Shown here piece by piece: positions 9,601-15,606 of a stretch of DNA of 27,041 nt (position 1 is its first letter; every line of letters begins with the position of its first letter). The notes below the pieces were generated by a model, which worked only from the letters and a program-made list of their open reading frames with translations, did not search any database and was not told the DNA's origin. Origin of the DNA: Candidatus Firestoneibacteriota bacterium (GTDB lineage: Bacteria > Oederibacteriota > D2-FULL-39-29 > JBDRBU01). Position numbers and translations under genes: made by a program. The DNA lies in NCBI GenBank assembly GCA_043822305.1, contig JBDRBU010000101.1:1-27041 (forward strand), in the 5' to 3' direction.

Positions 9601-9678
9601 GGAGCAGCAATTTTACAATCAGTATATTCACCCGACATCACAGCTCATATCGCTGGATTTATTATTAATGTAAAATAG
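3697..9678 (+). CDS. Bacterial alpha-2-macroglobulin family protein (MG2/A2M), without thioester motif
   Basis: Signal peptide, TPR-like N-terminus, DRPIYRP (MG2), FSVEEYKRPEF, A2M segment FADTAFFMP...PEQLTSWK...PRFFREKD, TED QLLNGGFPWFPGG and WKSTK, C-terminal EPRD...Y...G.Y. The thioester site reads YPYESIDH. Confidence 0.93.
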   Translation: MRKICKWFGLVLFLMLFVNGVKQVSDIKKADKLFEKGVFQEALKEYEEVFKETKDKEVKWKAFFRICESLGHLFRYGEASQKLFDVKIPDTMPYRARILILKVEVLRNFLMQYSNIQTKDVIEEEGKEVFKWTPKEIKNEIKKTYKELWSLKTELVKMDIKKEDYFIDIKDIDFGMYPTLFDFVVYRLSDFLIYLTGDKNVIPPDCELILVKDFDRPLNFEDTPALLCAEVLEEASKFEAKNRTEASERLKIKRLLLPLNYPNLYIVNSSGNRDVYLDKDKFCRNKLKEILNIWMKEFKTKEGKGEAGYKIAEILNREGKYIESVKICEKIEKEFGGTYASIQAKKLRLEIQKPLLYIDAKTIMPFNEGAISGTTRNLKEVYFRIYKVIPEEFKEIRKGIYRKNYRTDYKIEDWSNVFNNIDEETIKKYLAKEELYKSWKIETEDKDDYKIITSKITHPKLEGGIYLVIGCNDNSFSVGSSLINASLLNVTDLSLITTSGFTKKTKSAYYNFIDNEKEDNFSDDCFRFYTLNSKTGKPVEADINVYYSVRNNRQNIDLKTKDGFNSLSLPLSLFPHSSNYYNISPLANKDGSYAYLQNDFYFNYNPPNPIRLFLELDRPIYRPSDKVSVKVVVVRDSSNGFKTLNNKEVKFNVYDVNHKEFYNETAKLNEFGSANISFEIPKGRLLGNYSISASCLDGRFHNQTSTSFSVEEYKRPEFEIKLSKLEEAVKYGKSVNVKGEAKYYFGGPVPDANIKYRIVRQTWIPWFYRYWFSQGYSAGEEEIATGELKTDSNGNFVIPFIPTLPLGQEYSGKIPDISNYLVEVEGRDSGGRTIKGKENYKAGKHSLYFEIIPRKGFFLENETVEIESKLLTINDTPFKGKSGYEIWTLKNVPPNPSGSKEEYWVPPLDMQLKDIPNDELVASGKVEHNEDGKGTIKILNLKQGVFRIIEKTKDLWGEEVKQEKIFVVAKDKNTAVPIPANIVTLVEKDEYEIGETVRFIIGSANCSGTYFIEIYCGEYFVKYKLIDNNQPVTMIEIPVTDELKGGFTLRWFGVNNLEVYGNKITVSVPYGEKKLNILLSKFDKELQPGKEAEFEVKLKDKNNSDVEGEVLALMYDRSLEYYLKREGNWLDSLYTLKDFYLYLNDSVFNHYRIDLPVREGWIKEMIDLIYGSRKESKDPSLRIWRTWAYANGGMRRSLGGKGMKMKMKKDVLSAAKMESLATDSLKVEPENGGKEVAVESRKQFADTAFFMPQIITKGGTAKFKFVAPEQLTSWKIKLFALTKDVKEGKLDEEAVTKKDLMVRVDIPRFFREKDKGEITVIVHNESKEQIEGELLVEVKENKKLINEKIKLLDNKKKFKVESHSLASFKWTIEIPDGITTYKVKATVVSNKYTDAEERELPILPSRQRLIESAFASLSGKISKELKINLKEDPTRINEAMVFQIEPLVALSLLNTIPFLIEYPYESIDHILNKYVPLSIINEVYKNYPDIKKSVSKIPKRKTVTPPWEKESPQRLITLMETPWIWQSEGRPTPYPIIDLLDPEIVERQKEVNLEKLSSNQLLNGGFPWFPGGRDDMYITLYVLDGLAEAKRYKVDMPKDVINKALNYVNNEIPNRVKKEEGNLCIIAYASYILTCYLPNEFSSAGKSHELVRKWVEFLEENVFALTPLGKAYLAYTFLHLGDKEKANKYLDMAMDGSREDPDTGVYWTPEKYSWVWYSDTVEKHAFLLKTLQELRPDDKRIPGMVQWLLFNKKGNVWKSTKASVAAIYSLLDYLNKIGSLNSDEKFKIKWANLTDSIVIKPDDWLEKPIRLKQTGFEITKDSNTVKIEKDGPGYAFASLTWTYFTDQLPSASTPGILELKRTFYKRVKEGEDYSLKPIKSEEEVKVGDVIEIHLKINTKSQFEYMHLKDFKPSGFEAETLLSGWKWNPLWFYEEPRDSLTNFFISWLPPGEYILKYRIRPTKTGTYRVGAAILQSVYSPDITAHIAGFIINVK

Positions 9679-9694
9679 GGACAGCGACTATTTT
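9672..9694 (+). repeat. REP-like palindrome with GGGACAGCGAC core (left flank of cassette array)
   Basis: AAAATAG-GGACAGCGA-CTATTTT; inverted relative at 11914-11938. Could also act as a weak terminator. Confidence 0.65.
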
Positions 9695-9721
9695 TTAATG
9701 ACAAATAGTTTAAAATTTTTC

Positions 9722-9750
9722 TTGCTTTTCGATTTCTTTTTTAGTAAAAT
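9722..9750 (+). promoter_or_regulatory. Putative sigma70 promoter pointing into the cassette array
   Basis: TTGCTT-N17-TAAAAT, followed by the palindrome AAGGTC-A-GACCTT (9752-9764). Confidence 0.5.
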
Positions 9751-9831
9751 TAAGGTCAGACCTTGAATGTAGAATGCACTTATTTAAAGGATGAAGTCAT
9801 TTATTGAGAATTAAAAAATGCCTGCAACGAC

Positions 9832-9913
9832 AGATAACATGATGTAAAAGACTTCGTTTTGCTTCATCCAAATTTTGCTTCGCAAAACTTATTTTACATC
9901 AGAATCGTTATCT
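9832..9913 (+). mobile_element. Integron attC site 1
   Basis: R'' AGATAAC and R' GTTATCT are fully complementary; inner arms TGATGTAAAA/TTTTACATCA; 82 bp. Confidence 0.8.
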
Positions 9914-9941
9914 GCCATTGCCAATAAAGGAGGAATTTGTT

Positions 9942-10166
9942 ATGAGAGAGTTTAAAATTATTGTGGAAAAGCATCCCGATGGTTATGTGGCATATCCATT
10001 AGGGCTCAAAGGGGTTGTGGTTGGACAAGGAGATACATATGAAGAGGCACTCTCTGATGTAAAGTCAGCAATTCATTTTCATATTGAGACCTTTGGAAAT
10101 GAAGTAATGGAAGTAGAACCACGAATTATTGATGCCTTCATTGCTGAAGCAGGAGTGGAAGTTTGA
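9942..10166 (+). CDS. hicB: Type II TA antitoxin, HicB family (short form)
   Basis: SD AGGAGG before ATG 9942; IIVEKHPDGYVAY...GQGDTYEEALSDVKSAI is the HicB partial RNase H fold signature. Confidence 0.88.
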   Translation: MREFKIIVEKHPDGYVAYPLGLKGVVVGQGDTYEEALSDVKSAIHFHIETFGNEVMEVEPRIIDAFIAEAGVEV

Positions 10167-10405
10167 TGGTAAAGTTTCCTGTTGATGCACCCAAGCGAAA
10201 AGTAGTAAAGGCGATAGAGATTTTGGGTTTTCGAATCGTAAGGGAAAAAGAACACATTTCCATGATACGTGAAAACCTTGATGGAAGTAGAACTCCTTTG
10301 ACTATGCCGAATCATCCAAAAATAAAAGCTTCCACATTAAGAACAATTTGTACTCAATCGGGGATTACAAGAGATGAGTTTTTGGAGGCTTATAGGAAGG
10401 CATAG
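10166..10405 (+). CDS. hicA: Type II TA toxin, HicA family
   Basis: TGATG coupling to hicB; VVKAIEILGFRIVREKEHISM...TMPNHPKIKASTLRTICTQSGITRDEF fits the HicA dsRBD-like fold with its catalytic His. Confidence 0.88.
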   Translation: MVKFPVDAPKRKVVKAIEILGFRIVREKEHISMIRENLDGSRTPLTMPNHPKIKASTLRTICTQSGITRDEFLEAYRKA

Positions 10406-10418
10406 ATTTGGCAACGGC

Positions 10419-10498
10419 AGATAACAACGGATAAAATAGAAATCAAAGATTTTCCCAAATTGCCTTTGGCAACTTCTTTTATCCGCAAACCGTTAGGT
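10419..10498 (+). mobile_element. Integron attC site 2
   Basis: R'' AGATAAC (complementary to the cassette's 5' GTTATCT), arms CGGATAAAA/TTTTATCCG, R' GTTAGGT; 80 bp, 13 nt after the hicA stop. Confidence 0.85.
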
Positions 10499-10527
10499 GA
10501 AATATAGCCCGCCTAAAATAGGAGATT

Positions 10528-11316
10528 ATGATGGATGCCGGAACTGGATTAGCATTATTAGGATCAGCAAAGATCCTTGAAAAATTACTTGGTCCAACTG
10601 CTGATTACATTGGCGAAGGGGTTAAAAATTGGGCTCAAAAAAGAACTTACAATGTAAAAAATATATTTTCAATTGCCATAACAAAATTGGGGAATAAAAT
10701 AGAAAATGAAGGGACTATATCACCAAAGGTTTTGAAAGGCGTTTTGGATGAAGGATCTTTTTGTGACGACCCTTTATCATCTGAGTATTTTGGTGGAGTT
10801 CTTGCTTCTTCCCGAACTGGTATATCTAGAGATGACAGAGGGGTTACATTTATTAAATTGATAAGCGGATTATCAACATATCAAATAAGGTCTCATTATA
10901 TTTTTTATCATGTTATAAAGAGACTATTTGATGGAACGAGTATTAATTTTGGAACATCTGAAGGTAGAAGCCAAATGAAAGTTTATGTACCTTTTAATAT
11001 ATTTGTCGAAGCTATGGATTTTGATGAGAAAGAGAATATAAATGTTTTGATAGGGCACATAATGTTTGGTCTACAAAAAGAAAAACTTATAGAGGATTTT
11101 TTTTTATATGGTTCTAAAGAATACATTGAGAAACATTTTAATAAGGCAACAACTTCAGGCATAATTTTTCAACCATCGTCTTTGGGAATAGAATTATTTT
11201 TTTGGGCTTACGGTAAAGCTGATTTGACAAACAATGATTTTTTTAAACCAGAAAACAAATTTGAAATCAATAATAAAATAAATATTAAAATGGGATATAT
11301 GAAGACAAAGGAGTAG
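10528..11316 (+). CDS. Cassette-encoded hypothetical protein, Abi-alpha/DUF4393-like N-terminus
   Basis: 262-aa ORF fills the cassette; SD AGGAG (start may be 10531). KLLGPTADYIGE...ISPKVLKGVLDEGSFCDD...FGGVLASS...FIKLISGLS resembles Abi-alpha proteins (by-eye match). Confidence 0.65.
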   Translation: MMDAGTGLALLGSAKILEKLLGPTADYIGEGVKNWAQKRTYNVKNIFSIAITKLGNKIENEGTISPKVLKGVLDEGSFCDDPLSSEYFGGVLASSRTGISRDDRGVTFIKLISGLSTYQIRSHYIFYHVIKRLFDGTSINFGTSEGRSQMKVYVPFNIFVEAMDFDEKENINVLIGHIMFGLQKEKLIEDFFLYGSKEYIEKHFNKATTSGIIFQPSSLGIELFFWAYGKADLTNNDFFKPENKFEINNKINIKMGYMKTKE

Positions 11317-11332
11317 GAGCGGGCTATACTCC

Positions 11333-11398
11333 GCCTAACACAGCACAAACGGCTGATGCCCAAACTTTGAGGCTTCGTTTGTGCTGGAACCGTTAGAT
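11333..11398 (+). mobile_element. Integron attC site 3
   Basis: R'' GCCTAAC, perfect 11-bp arms CAGCACAAACG/CGTTTGTGCTG, R' GTTAGAT; 66 bp. Confidence 0.88.
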
Positions 11399-11430
11399 GA
11401 AATTACCGCCCATTGAAGGAGGTTGAAAAA

Positions 11431-11727
11431 ATGGACTTAGACAAAGAAGAACAAAATATGTTACTATGTTTTTTTTTCTCTTTATGAAACATCATCTCAT
11501 GATGGATACCTTGGGGCAATTCTTGTTGCTGATCTTCAAGGAGTACCACAGGAATTTAGATGTACATATCCAGTTAAACCAACTGCTATTCAAAAGCCAC
11601 TTTATGGAGTTACATTAGAACCTTATATCGGGGTTAATCTATGCGGAATACCACTAATTGAATCGATACAAAATAAGCCATCACTGATAGTAGTTCCTAA
11701 TGAATTTCTTCTTGATGTAAGAAAAGC
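11431..11727 (+). pseudogene. Frameshifted, 3'-truncated conserved hypothetical gene (cassette 3)
   Basis: SD AAGGAGG plus ATG 11431 stops at 11487. Removing one T from the T9 run (11469-11477) gives ...GYLGAILVADLQGVPQEFRCTYPVKPTAIQKPLYGVTLEPYIGVNLCGIPLIESIQNKP. Confidence 0.65.
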
Positions 11728-11829
11728 AAAGAGTTTACAAAAGGAAAACGCATCGAACTTTTTAATGGCAACTACGTCTGCGGCTTGTTGGAAAAATATA
11801 ATGTACCACTTTCTAAAGGGACAAAATAG
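11728..11829 (+). pseudogene. C-terminal remnant resembling an Mrr-family restriction endonuclease
   Basis: KEFTKGKRIELFNGNYVCGLLEKYNV* resembles the Mrr_cat end (A..FA....IELIDG..L..LL.KY); it has no start codon and ends just before the cassette's R''. Confidence 0.45.
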
Positions 11830-11831
11830 GA

Positions 11832-11880
11832 GGGCGGCAACTTTATCTAACATAGTGTTTGTGGTTCACTTCGTTCACAG
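11832..11880 (+). mobile_element. Truncated attC site 4 (left half only)
   Basis: R'' ATCTAAC (11845-11851); GGGCGGCAACTTTATCTAAC matches the reverse complement of the cassette start GTTAGATGAAATTACCGCCC at 17/20. No right arm or R' found. Confidence 0.65.
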
Positions 11881-11910
11881 AAAGAAAATAAACAAATGAA
11901 AGGAGAGGTT

Positions 11911-12517
11911 CTAAATAAAGGTCGCTGTCCCCTTTATTCTTAAGCCAATTATAAACGGAATAATAAAAAGAAAAGATTTTAAATTAAATATTTTTTTATC
12001 TTCTTTAAAGATAAAAAATAAAATTGCAGGAAATAAGAAAATCAATGTTTGATGGTTTGTTAGAGATAGTCCATATATAAAGAAAAATAAATATAATAGT
12101 TTAATGTCTTTTTTCGATTTCCATATTAAAAGCACAAATATTAAGATGGCTACAAAGAAATTATTTAATGCGAAAACTTCGGCTAATATAGAATATTTCC
12201 AGAATAATGATGAACATCCTAAGGCAAATGCAGAAACCAATCCAGAGATTTTATCTTTTGTAAGGATAAAAACGATTAAATAAACTAACAAGACACATAA
12301 ACTTCCAAAAACGGCACTCATTGCATGCTATGGTTGAAAGAGGCAGGTAAGTAAATAGCTTTCCAAACATGTTAAATAAAGGATAACCAGGCGGATGGGC
12401 TATACCGAGCAAGTGGGAACAGGTGATTAACTCTGCATTATCACCAACCGCGACTATTGTTGGTGCAAGTGTAAGGATATAAAGAAATAAAGGTATTATA
12501 AAAACTATGACCAGCAT
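11911..12517 (-). pseudogene. DUF2723 / TMEM260-like GT-C membrane glycosyltransferase, frameshifted and 3'-truncated
   Basis: GDNAELIT...LGIAHPPGYPL in ORF 12251-12517 continues in another frame as MSAVFGSL...AEVFALN...GLSLTNHQT (frameshift near 12322). The gene ends in the REP-like palindrome (KGTATFI*). Confidence 0.85.
11914..11938 (-). repeat. REP-like palindrome with GGGACAGCGAC core (right flank of cassette array)
   Basis: AATAAAGG-TCGCTGTCC-CCTTTATT; the reverse complement contains GGGACAGCGAC as in 9678-9688. Confidence 0.65.
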
Positions 12518-12580
12518 AAAAGTAAAATATCATAAAAATTTGTTCTTTACAACATTAAAATTTGGTATAATATAAGTCAA

Positions 12581-14056
12581 ATGAATAAATCAAAACTTCT
12601 ATTCGTACTTATTATAATTGTAATATTTATTAATGTTGTTTTTGTTTATTTGGGATTTGAGATATTTAATACAGAAAAAGAAATAACCAAAAAGAGAATT
12701 CAAGCCTATCATCTTAGTATAATGGATTTAGTGAGTAAAAGGTTAGACAATTTAGTAACACAATTAGAAAGTTTAGTATTATCTACTTTGGATAAAAAAA
12801 CCGATATTGATGATATTAAAAGTAAGTTAAAACAGTTAAAGAGTTCCAATCTACTCATAGACGAATTTTATGTTTTAGATAATTTACAAGCAAAAACAGG
12901 TTCTTCCGCATTAGATTTTATTTTAGAAAAGTATTGTTCTAAACCTAAAAATACAAATATTGTCCGATTTTTTGAAATTTTTTCAGATAAATATTATACA
13001 GTTGATATTATAAAACATAAGAACTTAATATTAGTCTTGCAAATAAATATAAAACATTTACTTAAAGTTTTAAAGAAGGATATAGAAATATTAGCTCCTT
13101 CACTTGAAACTGTTATAGCCATAATTGATAACAGTGAGAAAGTAATAATGTCTTCTGAACCAATACAACCATCTTTAAAATTAGAAACAATGGATTTGAA
13201 AAATATATTCACATTCTGGAAAATAGGAATATCTGCAAAAAATTTGGAAGATATAGAAAAACAAAGAGAAGAGAAAATCAAAATTTATATAAAAATTTTT
13301 GTAGCCTTAGTGATTATAATGGTTATAACAATTTATTTTATGATTTTAGTTATAGTCAGAGAGTTAGAAATTGTAAAAATGCAATCGGAATTTGTTTCAA
13401 ATGTTTCGCATGATTTAAAAACCCCGTTAACTGCAATAAGGATTTTTGCTGAAATGCTAAGAGATGGAAAAGTTAAGAAAACAAAGTTTCAATCTTACCT
13501 TAATACTATTTTAAGTGAAAGCGAAAGATTATCGTTTTTAATAAATAATGTTTTAGAATTTTCAAAAGGAAGTAAAAGAAGTTTAAGTTTAAAACCATTA
13601 GATGTTGTAAAAGTAATAAATGAAGCAATAAGTATTATTAAACCATATGCAGTTCAAAAAGGATATCAAATAAAGTTTGAATATGATAAAAATATTCCAT
13701 TAATTTCCGGAGATAAGGTTTCTTTGATACAAGCAATACTTAATTTAATTGATAATGCTATTAAATATTCATTAGAAGTAAAAAAAGTCTTGGTAAAAAT
13801 AAGTTTAATTGATGATAAAGTATTAGTTTTAGTTAAGGATAGGGGAATTGGTATAGATAAAAATGAACAAAAGAAAATATTTGATAAATTTTACAGGGCA
13901 AATGATGAAGAGGTAAAAAATATAAAAGGCATTGGTATCGGTTTAACTATTGTCCGAGAAATAATTAAAAACCATAAAGGGAAATTATATTTGGAAAGCG
14001 AGAAAGGAAAAGGTTCTAAATTTATAATTGCATTACCATTAAGAGGTGATTTATGA
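12581..14056 (+). CDS. Membrane sensor histidine kinase (HisKA + HATPase_c)
   Basis: Two TM segments, H-box VSHDLKTPL, N-box NLIDNAIKYS, G1 DRGIGI, F-box IFDKFYR, G2 GIGIGL. Confidence 0.95.
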   Translation: MNKSKLLFVLIIIVIFINVVFVYLGFEIFNTEKEITKKRIQAYHLSIMDLVSKRLDNLVTQLESLVLSTLDKKTDIDDIKSKLKQLKSSNLLIDEFYVLDNLQAKTGSSALDFILEKYCSKPKNTNIVRFFEIFSDKYYTVDIIKHKNLILVLQINIKHLLKVLKKDIEILAPSLETVIAIIDNSEKVIMSSEPIQPSLKLETMDLKNIFTFWKIGISAKNLEDIEKQREEKIKIYIKIFVALVIIMVITIYFMILVIVRELEIVKMQSEFVSNVSHDLKTPLTAIRIFAEMLRDGKVKKTKFQSYLNTILSESERLSFLINNVLEFSKGSKRSLSLKPLDVVKVINEAISIIKPYAVQKGYQIKFEYDKNIPLISGDKVSLIQAILNLIDNAIKYSLEVKKVLVKISLIDDKVLVLVKDRGIGIDKNEQKKIFDKFYRANDEEVKNIKGIGIGLTIVREIIKNHKGKLYLESEKGKGSKFIIALPLRGDL

Positions 14057-14739
14057 AACTTATACTTATAGTTGAGGATGAAGAACCTATTAGAAGGGGT
14101 TTAAAAGATTCATTAAAGATAGAAGGTTATAAAGTGATTGTTGCTGAAGATGGCGAGAAAGGATATAAGTTGATAAAAAGCAAAAAGCCAGACTTAGTGC
14201 TTCTTGATATTTTACTTCCAAAATTAAATGGTATTGATTTATGTAAAAAGATAAGAAGTGAAGGAAATATTACTCCAATTGTAATGCTTACGGCAAAAGG
14301 TTCTGAAATTGATAAGGTTTTAGGATTAGAATTAGGTGCGGATGATTATGTTACAAAGCCATTTAGTTTACGAGAACTAATATCTAGAATAAAAGCAATA
14401 TTTAGAAGATTAGAGTTAAAACAAGGTGTAAAAGATAAGGATATTTATTCATTTAATAATGTTAAAATTAATTTTAAAAAGTTTGAAGCAACTAAAGGTA
14501 ATAAGAAATTAAATTTATCTGCTATGGAATTTAAAATTTTAAAATATCTTATTTCTAATGAAAGTGAAGTTGTATCAAGAGATACTTTACTTGATAAAGT
14601 CTGGGGATATGATGAATTTCCTACCACAAGAACAGTAGATAATTTTATAGCAAAATTACGTTCAAAGATAGAATCTGACCATAAAAAGCCAAAGCACCTT
14701 TTTACTATATACGGTGTAGGTTATAAATTCCTACCATAA
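14053..14739 (+). CDS. OmpR/PhoB-family response regulator
   Basis: ATGA overlap with the kinase; VEDE, LLDILLP, MLTAK, GADDYVTKPF, and winged helix TRTVDNFIAKLRSKIE...TIYGVGYKF. Confidence 0.95.
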   Translation: MKLILIVEDEEPIRRGLKDSLKIEGYKVIVAEDGEKGYKLIKSKKPDLVLLDILLPKLNGIDLCKKIRSEGNITPIVMLTAKGSEIDKVLGLELGADDYVTKPFSLRELISRIKAIFRRLELKQGVKDKDIYSFNNVKINFKKFEATKGNKKLNLSAMEFKILKYLISNESEVVSRDTLLDKVWGYDEFPTTRTVDNFIAKLRSKIESDHKKPKHLFTIYGVGYKFLP

Positions 14740-14763
14740 CAGGTAATTTACGATGAAATCTTT

Positions 14764-14816
14764 TTACATTTCATTTACAATTCCATTACAACTATTATTT
14801 TTATTTTTGTTATACT
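14764..14816 (+). promoter_or_regulatory. Three TTACA direct repeats at 11-bp period plus extended -10 (putative OmpR-family activator site)
   Basis: TTACA at 14764, 14775 and 14786; TGT-TATACT at 14808-14816; the last repeat overlaps the -35 position. Confidence 0.6.
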
Positions 14817-14890
14817 TCTGACAGGAGGTGATGGGAGGAAAGTGGGGAAAGGAAGGAAAGGAAAGAAAATAAAAAAAGGAGGTAAAATTT

Positions 14891-15370
14891 ATGAATAAAG
14901 AAAAAGGATTTACGTTAATAGAGTTAATGATAGTCATAGCCATAATCGGGTTACTTATAGCTATAGTCATACCAGATTTACTTAAGACAAGAAGGGAGTC
15001 AGAAATACAATCCTGCAGTGCATCATTAAGAGGAGTGCAGTCAGCATTAGAGTTGTATTACACACATTATAAGTATTATCCAGAGAAGTTAGTAACTTTG
15101 TTAACAGAAGGATATTTATCAGAGGGTTCAGATACTGACCCATGGCACATGCCATATATATATGAACCACTTTCTCAAGGAGGAGATAATGAGGGAGGGA
15201 GTGGAGAAGGGAAGACAGCATCCAACTATTTATTAGGTAGTAGTGGACCTGATGGTAAGAAAGGGACAGATGATGATATAGAGCCGCCAATCAACTCAAG
15301 TAGACATTCGTTAAAGTCTGGAGGAAAAACTGAGAAAACACCAACAGAAGGAGAAACACCAGCAGAATAA
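14891..15370 (+). CDS. gspG: GspG-like major pseudopilin / prepilin with N-methylation site
   Basis: KG|FTLIELMIVIAIIGLL class III signal; T2SSG motifs DPW..PY.Y and SSGPDGKKGTDDDI; SD AGGAGG. Confidence 0.85.
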   Translation: MNKEKGFTLIELMIVIAIIGLLIAIVIPDLLKTRRESEIQSCSASLRGVQSALELYYTHYKYYPEKLVTLLTEGYLSEGSDTDPWHMPYIYEPLSQGGDNEGGSGEGKTASNYLLGSSGPDGKKGTDDDIEPPINSSRHSLKSGGKTEKTPTEGETPAE

Positions 15371-15433
15371 TAAGAACTGGTAATGGAGAATGGACAGAAA
15401 TTGTAATAAACAGTAAAACATGTAATTTTTTTC

Positions 15434-15463
15434 TTGGAAAATTTATAATTTTTATGCTATAAT
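15434..15463 (+). promoter_or_regulatory. Putative sigma70 promoter for the membrane-protein cluster
   Basis: TTGGAA-N18-TATAAT with TG extended -10. Confidence 0.45.
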
Positions 15464-15547
15464 GAAAAAAGGTTTGATATCCAACACAGGGTTTGAAAAG
15501 AGGCAAAAAGTAATCTTTGTTAAAGAAGAAAATCTATGAAGTGGTTT

Positions 15548-15606
15548 GTCTAACATACCAATTTGGTATGTATTTATGAACCATTTCAGCAATATATAAG
15601 TTATAT
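15548..15606 (+). mobile_element. Degenerate attC-like site 5
   Basis: GTCTAAC...GTTATAT. The 21 nt from 15600 match the reverse complement of 16490-16510 at 14/21, all mismatches being transitions. Inner arms are not recognisable. Confidence 0.4.

Noticed and set aside
9918..9941. TTG start for hicB given in the ORF track
   Set aside because: It lies in the cassette terminal repeat; the SD supports ATG 9942.
9832..11851. Spaced palindromic repeats considered as a CRISPR array
   Set aside because: Units are 66-82 bp, non-identical and separated by whole genes; no cas genes. attC fits better.
11623..11853. 76-aa minus-strand ORF
   Set aside because: Antisense shadow of the + strand cassette pseudogene; no recognisable motif.
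15563..15604. TTG start and N-terminal extension of the first CPBP gene
   Set aside because: It runs through the degenerate attC-like site, so the true start is likely at or after 15605.
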